Shown: piece by piece, positions 8,504-17,050 of the stretch
Position numbering within the stretch: the stretch's first letter is position 1
Layout: each line of letters opens with the position of its first letter
Origin: a virus
Length of the DNA: 64,000 nucleotides
Strand: one strand, 5' to 3'
IMG/VR virus record: IMGVR_UViG_3300042090_002485
Location: 32,001 to 96,000 of that record
The notes under the pieces: model-generated
The model's input: the letters and a program-made list of their open reading frames with translations, nothing else
What the model was told of the DNA's origin: nothing
The model's database searches: none
Position numbers and translations under genes: made by a program

Positions 8504-10261
8504 TCAGTGGCGACTCGTGATGATGTTGCCGAGCTTCTCCGCGACGTCGCCGAGCGCGTCGGACGCGCGTACGTCGACGCCAACGCGCGCGCTGCGCGGC
8601 ACCGCGTTCTCGACGAGGTTGACGATCGACATCATCGACGCGGTCTTCGCCGACAGCTCGGTGATGTCGGGAATCGCGTAGCCCTCGTCGGTCTGCATCG
8701 TGCCGCCGGTGCCATGGTTGCCGATCGCGCGCGCGCCGAGCACGCCTGCGGTCGCGGCGAGAGGCAGGCGGAACTTGCGCAACCACGGGAACGCGCCGAG
8801 CGCCTTGTAGCCGCCGAGCGCAAGCGCTCCGCCGCCGAGTACCTGGTTGCGCATGCGCGCGCGAGTCACTGCATCCTGCGCGTCGATCGCGGCACCGCGC
8901 GTGGTCTCGTAGGGTCCGACGTGCAGCACGTCCGTGGTCGGCGCGGCGTCCTGCCGGAGGCCGACACCTTCGGGAACGAGACGCCGGTAGAGCATCTCGC
9001 CCGCGCCTGCACGCTTCTGCGCCGCGCGCGCGAAGCCGTCCATCAGCGCGGCTGCGACCTTGTGCGACTCGAGCACGCCGCTGTCCAGCAGTTCGTCCAG
9101 CAGGTCAGGGCGGTCGCCGAACAGCTCGAGTGCGAAGCGGCCGGCCGCCGCGAACTTCTCGAACTCGGCCTCCGTGTGCGGCATGCACGTGTTGCTGCAG
9201 CCCGCGAGCTTGCTCGTGGACAGGTACATGAACTCACGGTCGGTGAGCGTGACGCCGTTGGCCGCCGCTGCACTGAGCGACTCGCCGAGCGGGTAGCCGA
9301 GCAGGCCGGCCACCTGGATGCGCGGCGCGCCTGCGAGCTTGGGCGCGAGGTGGTCCTTCAGCTTGACGATGAACGAGCGTTCGTCGGGCGCGAGGTGGCT
9401 CGTCGCGATCGGCTCGCCCTGGATCACCTTGTCGATGTCGGAGAGCTTCTGCACCGCGGCGCCCTTGAGCGCGAGCGCGTCGGATTCCTCGCCGAGCAGC
9501 GCCGACAGGCGAATCTCGGGCGTCGCTTCGGCGACCTTCTTGAGCGTGTAGCCGGTGCGGTCAGCCGGGCGGAACACGCGGCTGATGTCGAAGAAGTCGG
9601 GTGATGGGTTGTGGACGTAGTCCTTGAAGCCGTTCGCGTCGACGACGTTCATCGCGAACTTGACGTGGTCGCAGTAGTCCGCACGCGTCGGCGCCTCGTT
9701 GCCGCAGCGAGCGCAGACGTCGTACTTGATGCGACAGCCCATGCTGACGGGCACGAACTCGCCGTCGGCCGCGCGCTTGACCCACTCGGGGTCCTTGGCG
9801 TCGTCGACCGAGACCAGCAGCTCGACCCGGTGCATGCGCGGGTTCCAGAACGCCTTCTTCACCACGCCCGAGGCCTTCGCCGGGTCGCGGTTGGCGTGGT
9901 GCTGGAACGCGTGTGCGGGGTTGGTCTCGAACGAGTGGTAGTGCTTGGTCAGCTCCTGGCCGGGCGCAACGAACCAGCGGCGGTCGGCGGAGGCGATCTT
10001 GCCGCGCGCGGGCACGGGGAACTCGGGAAAGCCGTCGCCGTTGCGGTTGGGGCCGTAGGTCTCCTCGCCGCCCATCGCGCACAGCAGCATCGCGGTCTTG
10101 CCGGCCTCGGGCGTGACGCTCTTGATGTAGTCGAGCGCCTCGGACGCGTGCTTGGTGATGCGGCTGGTGTCGACCGAGCGGCCGCCGTTCCATGGCAGGA
10201 TGATCTGGGCGGTCAGCTCGCCGGTCGGGAAGAACTCGGGCAGCTCGATGAGCTTCTTCAC
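8504..10261 (-). CDS. Prohead (maturation) protease with long C-terminal K-x-A/glycine-zipper extension (585 aa, GTG start)
   Basis: NRNGDGF, HAFQHH.N, RVELLV, VSMGC..KYDVCARC...CDH and FFDISRVFRPAD match the phage prohead serine protease pattern. GTGA overlap at 10258-10261. Confidence 0.7.
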   Translation of the reverse strand: MKKLIELPEFFPTGELTAQIILPWNGGRSVDTSRITKHASEALDYIKSVTPEAGKTAMLLCAMGGEETYGPNRNGDGFPEFPVPARGKIASADRRWFVAPGQELTKHYHSFETNPAHAFQHHANRDPAKASGVVKKAFWNPRMHRVELLVSVDDAKDPEWVKRAADGEFVPVSMGCRIKYDVCARCGNEAPTRADYCDHVKFAMNVVDANGFKDYVHNPSPDFFDISRVFRPADRTGYTLKKVAEATPEIRLSALLGEESDALALKGAAVQKLSDIDKVIQGEPIATSHLAPDERSFIVKLKDHLAPKLAGAPRIQVAGLLGYPLGESLSAAAANGVTLTDREFMYLSTSKLAGCSNTCMPHTEAEFEKFAAAGRFALELFGDRPDLLDELLDSGVLESHKVAAALMDGFARAAQKRAGAGEMLYRRLVPEGVGLRQDAAPTTDVLHVGPYETTRGAAIDAQDAVTRARMRNQVLGGGALALGGYKALGAFPWLRKFRLPLAATAGVLGARAIGNHGTGGTMQTDEGYAIPDITELSAKTASMMSIVNLVENAVPRSARVGVDVRASDALGDVAEKLGNIITSRH

Positions 10262-10809
10262 GGCAGCAGGCTCCGCAGCAGGCGCGCGCCGTCGCCGCGG
10301 TGGCGCACGAGCAGCACGAGCGCGGCGTGCTTGGCGTCCGGGTCGGACAGGGCGCACGCGGCCTCGAGGACATCGTCGACGAGGATCGCCGCCGCGAGCT
10401 TCTGTGGGGACGACAGTGCGCCGGCCATATCGTCGTTGGTCGCGGGGCTCGGGCGGCTGAGCTTGCTCTTGAGCAGCTCGCCGAGGCCCTGCATGCCGCC
10501 GACGCCGGCGGCCGTCATCAGCGCCTGGTTACGCGCGTCACGCAGCAGCTCGTGACCCTGGTTGCCGGCGTCGCGCGCGAGTAGATGGCCGACGCCGAGC
10601 GCAGGGATGCCCAGGCCGACACCCCAACCCAGGCCGCGCTGCAGCGCGGACATCGCTGCGGGGTCGATTGCAGCGCGCTTGAACATGCCGAACGCGGCGA
10701 AGTCAGCAAGCGCGGCGCGCTCGAGCAGCGTGGCCGACGGCGGGCGCGCCGACGCGATCTTCTCCGCGAGGAGGACCGACGTCTCGAGGGCCTGGTTGAG
10801 CGCGGTCAT
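10258..10809 (-). CDS. Inner-head K-x-A protein with Gly-rich hydrophobic helices
   Basis: KIAS, KRAA, KLAA and KHAA; GLGWGVGLGIPALGVG. Confidence 0.55.
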   Translation of the reverse strand: MTALNQALETSVLLAEKIASARPPSATLLERAALADFAAFGMFKRAAIDPAAMSALQRGLGWGVGLGIPALGVGHLLARDAGNQGHELLRDARNQALMTAAGVGGMQGLGELLKSKLSRPSPATNDDMAGALSSPQKLAAAILVDDVLEAACALSDPDAKHAALVLLVRHRGDGARLLRSLLP

Positions 10810-10813
10810 GGGG

Positions 10814-11083
10814 TCACCGCGCCGGTGCGACGGTGCGCCGTAGCAGCTCAGCGAGCGCGGAGTCCTCAGCGATCTTGGTGCCGGTCACCGCCGCGAGCGC
10901 GCCGAGGCCGTCGGCGATTGCGCGCGCTTCCTTGCGGCGGCGGTACGCGCGCTCGCCGATGGTCTTGACCGCGACGCCGATGTTCAACTCGGGGACGCCG
11001 AGCATCGCGCCGGCGATCTTGTGCAGGCCGTGGTGCGCGACGGCCGCGGTGACGGAGGGCGGGATGAGGTCATCGAGGGTCAT
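10814..11083 (-). CDS. Small K-x-A protein (89 aa, start MTLDDLIPP)
   Basis: GAAAGGA SD upstream; KIAG, KEA and KIAE. Confidence 0.55.
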   Translation of the reverse strand: MTLDDLIPPSVTAAVAHHGLHKIAGAMLGVPELNIGVAVKTIGERAYRRRKEARAIADGLGALAAVTGTKIAEDSALAELLRRTVAPAR

Positions 11084-12188
11084 CGTGAGTCCTTTCACCG
11101 ATAGGCTGCAGCTCGTACGCCTTGGGTTGCGGAAACAACCATTCGGACAAGGCGCCTCCACCGGCACCGAGTGCGCCGCCGAGGCCTCCGCCGATGAGTG
11201 CGCCGCGTGCGCGATGTTTGTCGTCGGACAAGGCTCCGCCGAGCGCCCCCATTCCGGCACCCGTCAGGCCACCGAGCGCCGTGGACTTCAGGATGTCGGT
11301 GGGTCGGTCTTTGCGCGCTTGCTCGGCTGCCATTTCGAGCAGTTGTTTGATGGCCTGGTCGTGCGACATTTCGGCCGCGCGCTTGTCACCGCCGCCGGTC
11401 ACGGCGCGCTCGGCGTCGGCGAGCAGCTTGATCGACATGTAGTCCGGGCCCGCGCCAGTCATCACGGCCTGGCGGAGGAACGAGCGCACCGCGTTCTCGT
11501 CGGTGGACAGCACGGGCGCGAATCGCGTCATGCTGTGGTACGCGCCCATCAGCGTGGCGTCGTCGGCACCGGCGAGCACCGAGTCGGTCTTCTTGAGCTT
11601 GCCGACGATGGCCTCGCGCGCGGCCTGGTCGCCAGCATGCCCGACGGCCTCCACCGCCTTGGCGGCCATGTCGCGGAGCAGGCCGAAGCCGGCCTTGCCC
11701 GCCTCGGCGCCGAACGCCTTGGCCGCTGCGCCGCCGCCGATGCCGAGCGTGTCCTGCCGCTCGCCCAGCTCGCGGCCGAACAGCTTCTTCTCGACGAGCG
11801 AGCTGAGGCCGTGGGCGACACCCTTGCCGGGCGCCGCGCCGATCTCGCCCAGGCTGCCCTTCGCGCCCTCGAGGAGCCCGCCGCCGATGGCTTGGCCGGC
11901 GCCCATCGCGCCGCGGCCCGCGGCTCCTGCCGCCGCGCCCGCCGCCGCCTTGGGGTTGTGGAACAGCTGCGCGAGCGGCAGCGCGAGCTGCATCGGCAGC
12001 GCAGCGGTCTTCGGCAACGACGCCTCATCGACGGCGTGCTCGGTCGAGTGCGCGCGCTCGAGCGCCCTCTCGACGATGCTGGGGATCATCGCGCCGACGG
12101 CGAGCGGCAACATCACGCCAGCGCGCTTCTGCGTGTGGCGCTCGAGCGCACGACGGGTGGTCAGCGCGAGGACGTCGCTCAGCTGCAC
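11070..12188 (-). CDS. Gly/Ala-rich inner-head protein with glycine zippers
   Basis: KRAG, KTAA and KRAA; C-terminal LGGLTGAGMGALGG and ALIGGGLGGALGAGGG. Confidence 0.55.
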   Translation of the reverse strand: MQLSDVLALTTRRALERHTQKRAGVMLPLAVGAMIPSIVERALERAHSTEHAVDEASLPKTAALPMQLALPLAQLFHNPKAAAGAAAGAAGRGAMGAGQAIGGGLLEGAKGSLGEIGAAPGKGVAHGLSSLVEKKLFGRELGERQDTLGIGGGAAAKAFGAEAGKAGFGLLRDMAAKAVEAVGHAGDQAAREAIVGKLKKTDSVLAGADDATLMGAYHSMTRFAPVLSTDENAVRSFLRQAVMTGAGPDYMSIKLLADAERAVTGGGDKRAAEMSHDQAIKQLLEMAAEQARKDRPTDILKSTALGGLTGAGMGALGGALSDDKHRARGALIGGGLGGALGAGGGALSEWLFPQPKAYELQPIGERTHDDPR

Positions 12189-13102
12189 TGGATCCTCACG
12201 AATTCCGCGCCGCGGCGCAGCTTGTCAGCTTCGGCCGCGATGCTGGCGAGCTTCTCGAACAGGCGCGTCGCCTCGTTCTCGGTGACGAGGTGGCGGTCGA
12301 CCAGCGCGGCGTGCTTGGCGCAGATGTCTTCGTGCGTCAGGGGCGGCAGGCGCCGCGACTCGCGCACGAGGTTGAGGACGACGGCGCCGAACGCGTCGCC
12401 GCGCAGCGCCATCGCGTCCTTCTCGAAGGCCTCGAGCGACGGGCCGCCCCAGGCGCGGCTGAGCGAGCGCTCGAGGGCTCCGAACGTGTCCTCGAACAGC
12501 CACTCGGCCTGCTTGTACTGGTCCTCGAGCACAGAGGCGAACTTGCGCCGGCGCTCGCCGCGGAACGCCGCTTCCTTGGCCTCGTCCTTCTTCGACTCCT
12601 TGGGCGGCTCCTTCTTCTCGGGCTTGTCCTTCTTGCCGTCGTCGTCCTTGGACTTCTGCTTCTCGCCCTTGGGGAACGGCCCGTCGTTGTCGTCGTCGAT
12701 CGGTGGTTCGCCCTTGGGCTCGCCGCCCTGGCCGCTGGCCATCATGGCCTCGCCTTCGCCGATCTCGTTGGGCAGCGGCCCCTCGTCGCCGTCGGGCTCA
12801 GCGTGCGGCGGTTCCTCGTGCGGAAGGTCGACGCCGCCCATGATGTGCTGCAGGACCTGGCGCGGGTCGATTGGGTCGAACTCGCCGGTCATGTCGGGCA
12901 CGCCCTGCTGCTTCTGTTGTTCCATCAGCCGCAGGAACGCCATCGTGTTCGCGGCCTGGACAAGGCGCGCGACCTGATCGGGGTTGAGCTGCCCCTGTTG
13001 CGCTTCCATCGCGGCCATGTCGGCGAGCTTCTCGCCGCTCATGAAGCGATCGACCACCCGCTGGGCCATTTGGTCGAAGTCCTTCTCTTGGTAGGCGCGC
13101 AT
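12179..13102 (-). CDS. Inner-head K-x-A protein with charged linker
   Basis: EKLA, a K/D/E-rich stretch ending in AKEAA, KFAS, KQAE, KHAA and KLAS. Confidence 0.55.
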   Translation of the reverse strand: MRAYQEKDFDQMAQRVVDRFMSGEKLADMAAMEAQQGQLNPDQVARLVQAANTMAFLRLMEQQKQQGVPDMTGEFDPIDPRQVLQHIMGGVDLPHEEPPHAEPDGDEGPLPNEIGEGEAMMASGQGGEPKGEPPIDDDNDGPFPKGEKQKSKDDDGKKDKPEKKEPPKESKKDEAKEAAFRGERRRKFASVLEDQYKQAEWLFEDTFGALERSLSRAWGGPSLEAFEKDAMALRGDAFGAVVLNLVRESRRLPPLTHEDICAKHAALVDRHLVTENEATRLFEKLASIAAEADKLRRGAEFVRIQCS

Positions 13103-13779
13103 CAGTGGACGATCTCCTCGCGGGGCACGGCGGCTCCCGCCTCATGCGTCAGCTCGCGGAACTTGAGCTTGGCGAGCAGGTCGGAGAGGTTGCCGCCGGT
13201 GCCGCCATCGGAGACGAGCGCGGCCGCGTTCATCGCGGTCTTCAGCATGCTGTGCGCGGCCGAGCCCTCGGTGCTGTTCAGCGTGTTCATGCGCAGCGTG
13301 CGCATGCTGCGGAAGTAGGCCTCGCGCATCGTCTGCTCTTGGACGTGCGACGCAGAGAGCTTGGACTCGCGACCGGAGTGGTGCGCGAGCGCCTCGACGC
13401 CGTCGAAGTGGGTGGCGACCGCGAGCATGGCGCGACCGAGCGGGCTGCCCTCGTAGTTCCGCACCCATCGCAGCAACTCGAGTCGGTCGCGGAAGTTGGA
13501 CAGGTTGCAGCACAGGTGGCGGAATGCCGGCAGCACAGCGAGCGAGACGCCGATGTCCTGGTGGATGCGCGTGTCCTCCGCCCCCGCGATGATCCAGGCC
13601 TGGACCTGCTCACGCTCGAAGAACGGGTCTTCATAGAGGTCGACGACGCGCTCCATGACGTCGGAGAACACGACGCCGTTGAGGTGGCGCCACAGCGCCT
13701 GCTCGTGCTCCTGCTTCGGCTCTTCGGCCATACGCATGACCGCGAGGTAGCGCGAGTCGGGCTTGCGCTCACGCCGCAT
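13102..13779 (-). CDS. Hypothetical protein (225 aa)
   Basis: Normal composition, coupled within the operon. Confidence 0.55.
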   Translation of the reverse strand: MRRERKPDSRYLAVMRMAEEPKQEHEQALWRHLNGVVFSDVMERVVDLYEDPFFEREQVQAWIIAGAEDTRIHQDIGVSLAVLPAFRHLCCNLSNFRDRLELLRWVRNYEGSPLGRAMLAVATHFDGVEALAHHSGRESKLSASHVQEQTMREAYFRSMRTLRMNTLNSTEGSAAHSMLKTAMNAAALVSDGGTGGNLSDLLAKLKFRELTHEAGAAVPREEIVH

Positions 13780-16700
13780 GATCGTCCGGCTCCTTTACGG
13801 CCTGGACGCCGCGGGACAGGCGCAGGACGAGGTCGCCCAGGCCCTTGAACGACGACTGCATGTTCTCCTCGATGCCCGCGAACGCGGCCTCACCGATCTG
13901 CTGCTTGAGATCAGGCTCCTGCATCCACAGCGTGAGCTGCACGCGGGCGAGGTTGTCGACGGCCTTCTCGAGGTTGGGGAGGTACTGCGCGACGACGCCG
14001 TGCAGCTCGGGTGACTGCGCGAGCGTGGCGACGGCCGCCGCGTCGAACATGTCGGCGGAGCGCATTTGCGCGACCTGGTCGAGGAACTGCGGGTTGATCT
14101 CCTGCCCCATCGCCTGCGCGTTTGGGCCGTCGGAGGGCATCATCGCCGACGGCGGCGGCTGTCCGCCGCCCATCGCCGGATCCATACCGCCCATGCCGCT
14201 CATGCTCGGGTCGCCACCGGGCATGCCACCCGACATGCCGCTCATCATCGACGGGTCCATGCCAGGCTGCCCACCGCTGGGCATGCCGCCGCCCATGCCG
14301 CCGAACATCCCGCCCATCGACGGGTCGGCGCCGCCGCCCATCATCGACGGGTCGCCGGCGCCGGGAGGGAACGGGCCGCCCGGAGGCATGCCCGGAGGCA
14401 CGGCCGCGCCCATCGACGGATCCTGCGGCGGTTGGCCCATACCCGCGGTCATGCCGGGAGGCATGCCCGGCCCACCCGTCGCGAGGTTCATCGACGACGG
14501 AGGCGCACCCATTGCTTGCGACTGCACGGACGCGGCAGGCGGTGCGCCGCCGCCGATCTCGCTCGAACGCTGCAGCAGCTGTTGGATCGTCTGTTGACGG
14601 TCCATCAACTTCTGCATCTCGTGCTGGATCGCTTGGTCCATCTCCATCGCTGCGAGGTCGAGCGGCGCCGGCGGGGGCGGAGCAGGCGGTGGGCCCATTG
14701 CTGCCATGGCCGCGTCTTGTCCGAGGTTCGGATCGCCCATGCTCGGATCGCCGCCCGGCGGACCCGCGTCAGCGCCGCCGTTCGGCGGAGCCTTCTTCTT
14801 CGGCTTGCTATCGGACTTTTTCTTGTCGTCGCTGTCATCGGCACCGAGCTTGCCCAACAAGCCACCTAACGCACCGCCCATCATTGCACCGCGCTGCGGT
14901 GCTCCGGGTAGTTGCGGAGCTTGGGGTTTCTTGGCGAGCAATCCCTTGAGAGGACCTCCGAGTGATGCAGGACCGCCCGAACCTCCCATCGCACTGCTGT
15001 CGACGAAAGACGAGGTTTTGTCACCTGCAGCGATCTTGTCGAGGCGGATTTGTGCGGTCGCGAGCTGCGCGCGCGTCGCGATCCACGCCGTTGCCGAATG
15101 GTCGGACGCGGCCTTCGTGAGCAGTGCCTCGGCGTCGTCGACGGAGATGTTGCATCCGTGAGCGAGCTTCTTGAGCGCGGGAACGAAGCTCAGCGGAGCC
15201 ATTCCGTTGATCGAGAACTGCTTGGCGCCCGCGTCCTTGATCGCGACCTTCTTCGCGCCCACGGCCGAGAGCATGCTCGAGACGCACGCCTGCAGGTCGA
15301 GCGCGGAGCGATACCAGCCGCGCTCGTCGAGCTTCTCGCCGAGCGGGATCCAGATGAAGTCCGGCGGGAGGTAGACGACGTCGGCGCCCTTGGGCATCCA
15401 GATCGCGCCGTAGGGGTGCGTCGGGTCGGTGCAGACGGTCTTCTCCGGGTAGCCGCCAATCCCGCTGATCTTCAGGCGGCGCACGCCGTCGCTGCCGGTC
15501 GACATCGACTTGACCTCGACGGGCACCGTTGCCTGGTAGACCGAGTGGAGCTTGCGGACGAAGAAGCCCTTGCCCGTCCGCGGTGCACCGTCGACCTTGT
15601 CGAACAGGCGTTCCTGGAGCCGGCCGGCAACGTCGTCAGCGACGGAGCTGCGCCCGACCAGACGATCCGTCATGAGGTACTTGCCGTCGCCGAATGCGGC
15701 GAGGTACGGCTTCGCGGTGTAGTCGCGCTTGGTCGCGTAGTCGGCCTCGTTCGGGCGCCCGACCGGGTAGACCTTGTTGTTGGGCCCGAAGTTGTCGGGG
15801 TCGCGGTACGAGTTGTCGACGACGGGGTTGTGCGCCGGGATCGCCGGGCGCCGGCCGTAGCGCGTGCCGTCGTCGAGCAGGTCGATCGGATCGGGCATCA
15901 CGAACGCGTAGCGCTCGCCGCCGTCGGAGCTGTAGAGGCAGTACACGCCCGGCTGGTTCGGTTCGGTCCAGTGCGCGAACGGCTGCTCCTGCACCGCCAT
16001 GTTACGGGTCAGACGCTCGTCCTTGGCGGCAAAGCCCTTCTTGCGCACGCCCGCGTAGGCCTCGCCGGCCTGGTCACCGAAGATGCGGCGGAAGTCGGTC
16101 GGCGTGTTGTCCTTGTCGGCGATCCACAACGCACCGCCAGACAACTGCTTGGCCGCGACCTTCTCGAGGCGCGGCTGGACCGCGCGCGACAGCGCCGCGA
16201 CGCCGTAGAACGCCGCTGCCGTCTTGAGCAGGCGGGGGTGGCGCTTGAGCGTGGCGACGAATGCGGTCTTCACCCGGTTGGGTGCGGCTTCGAGCATGCC
16301 GATGAACATCGGCGCGGGCTCGGCCGCTTCCTTTTCGCGCGCGTCGAGGTACTCGCGCGAGACGACGCGCGAGGCGTCGTAGATCGCCTTGGGCATCCAC
16401 GCCGCGTACGAGAACCGGCCCGTGATCGGCGGCACCACGACGTTGCGGATGTCGACGTCGGTGTAGAGCGTCTCGGGGGTCTTGATGCCCTTGCCCAGCG
16501 CCGAGAGCGCTGTCTTGTCGATCTCGTCCAGCCAGCCCTTGGTCAGCGGCAGGAAGATGTTGAGGGTCTTGTGGAAGAAGACCTCGAGCGGCTTGATCGT
16601 GTTGTCGACGAGCACGACCGGGATGTAGATCGGCTGGTCGTTGCGGAGCACGATGAACGCGCCCACGCCCGCTCCCTTGTCGACGTCGGCCTTGATCACC

Positions 16701-16858
16701 TTGAAGGTGACGACGTCCTGCATGACGTCGGGCATCTTCGACGACAGGAGGTTGTAGGCCATGTCGGACATGCCCTGCTCGAAGAGCTGGGCCTCCTGGT
16801 CCGGGCCGGCGTTCATCCCGGCCTGGAACTGCTGAGTGCGCGGGCTGAGCGGCGGCAT
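13769..16858 (-). CDS. Large virion protein (1029 aa) with K-x-A motifs and Pro/Gly/Met low-complexity C-terminal region
   Basis: EKEAA, KTAA, EKVAA, KIAA and KLGA; repeated DPSM(M)G units; GAGG SD. Confidence 0.6.
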   Translation of the reverse strand: MPPLSPRTQQFQAGMNAGPDQEAQLFEQGMSDMAYNLLSSKMPDVMQDVVTFKVIKADVDKGAGVGAFIVLRNDQPIYIPVVLVDNTIKPLEVFFHKTLNIFLPLTKGWLDEIDKTALSALGKGIKTPETLYTDVDIRNVVVPPITGRFSYAAWMPKAIYDASRVVSREYLDAREKEAAEPAPMFIGMLEAAPNRVKTAFVATLKRHPRLLKTAAAFYGVAALSRAVQPRLEKVAAKQLSGGALWIADKDNTPTDFRRIFGDQAGEAYAGVRKKGFAAKDERLTRNMAVQEQPFAHWTEPNQPGVYCLYSSDGGERYAFVMPDPIDLLDDGTRYGRRPAIPAHNPVVDNSYRDPDNFGPNNKVYPVGRPNEADYATKRDYTAKPYLAAFGDGKYLMTDRLVGRSSVADDVAGRLQERLFDKVDGAPRTGKGFFVRKLHSVYQATVPVEVKSMSTGSDGVRRLKISGIGGYPEKTVCTDPTHPYGAIWMPKGADVVYLPPDFIWIPLGEKLDERGWYRSALDLQACVSSMLSAVGAKKVAIKDAGAKQFSINGMAPLSFVPALKKLAHGCNISVDDAEALLTKAASDHSATAWIATRAQLATAQIRLDKIAAGDKTSSFVDSSAMGGSGGPASLGGPLKGLLAKKPQAPQLPGAPQRGAMMGGALGGLLGKLGADDSDDKKKSDSKPKKKAPPNGGADAGPPGGDPSMGDPNLGQDAAMAAMGPPPAPPPPAPLDLAAMEMDQAIQHEMQKLMDRQQTIQQLLQRSSEIGGGAPPAASVQSQAMGAPPSSMNLATGGPGMPPGMTAGMGQPPQDPSMGAAVPPGMPPGGPFPPGAGDPSMMGGGADPSMGGMFGGMGGGMPSGGQPGMDPSMMSGMSGGMPGGDPSMSGMGGMDPAMGGGQPPPSAMMPSDGPNAQAMGQEINPQFLDQVAQMRSADMFDAAAVATLAQSPELHGVVAQYLPNLEKAVDNLARVQLTLWMQEPDLKQQIGEAAFAGIEENMQSSFKGLGDLVLRLSRGVQAVKEPDDHAA

Positions 16859-16873
16859 TATGGGTGACCTCGG

Positions 16874-17050
16874 TCAGGACGTCGGGAAGGAGACGACCTT
16901 CGGAATGGGAGCGTTGGGTGTGCTGGGCCCGGTGCCCAGCTCTCGGGTCTTCTGCGCCTTGAGCGAGGCCAGTGTCGGCATCGCGATCTCGGCAAGCTTG
17001 TCTTCGACGGCGCGAAGCCCGGCGAGGCGGATGTGGCGAGGAAGGCTCAC
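16874..17050 (-). CDS. Small protein with leader-like motif (58 aa, GTG start)
   Basis: VSLPRHIRLAGLRAVEDKLAE...; GTGA overlap with the upstream stop. Confidence 0.5.
   Translation of the reverse strand: MSLPRHIRLAGLRAVEDKLAEIAMPTLASLKAQKTRELGTGPSTPNAPIPKVVSFPTS

Noticed and set aside
16856-16864. CCCATAATG overlapping the start of the 1029-aa gene
   Set aside because: It lacks the first T of the hexamer, and a GAGG SD at normal spacing already explains the start.
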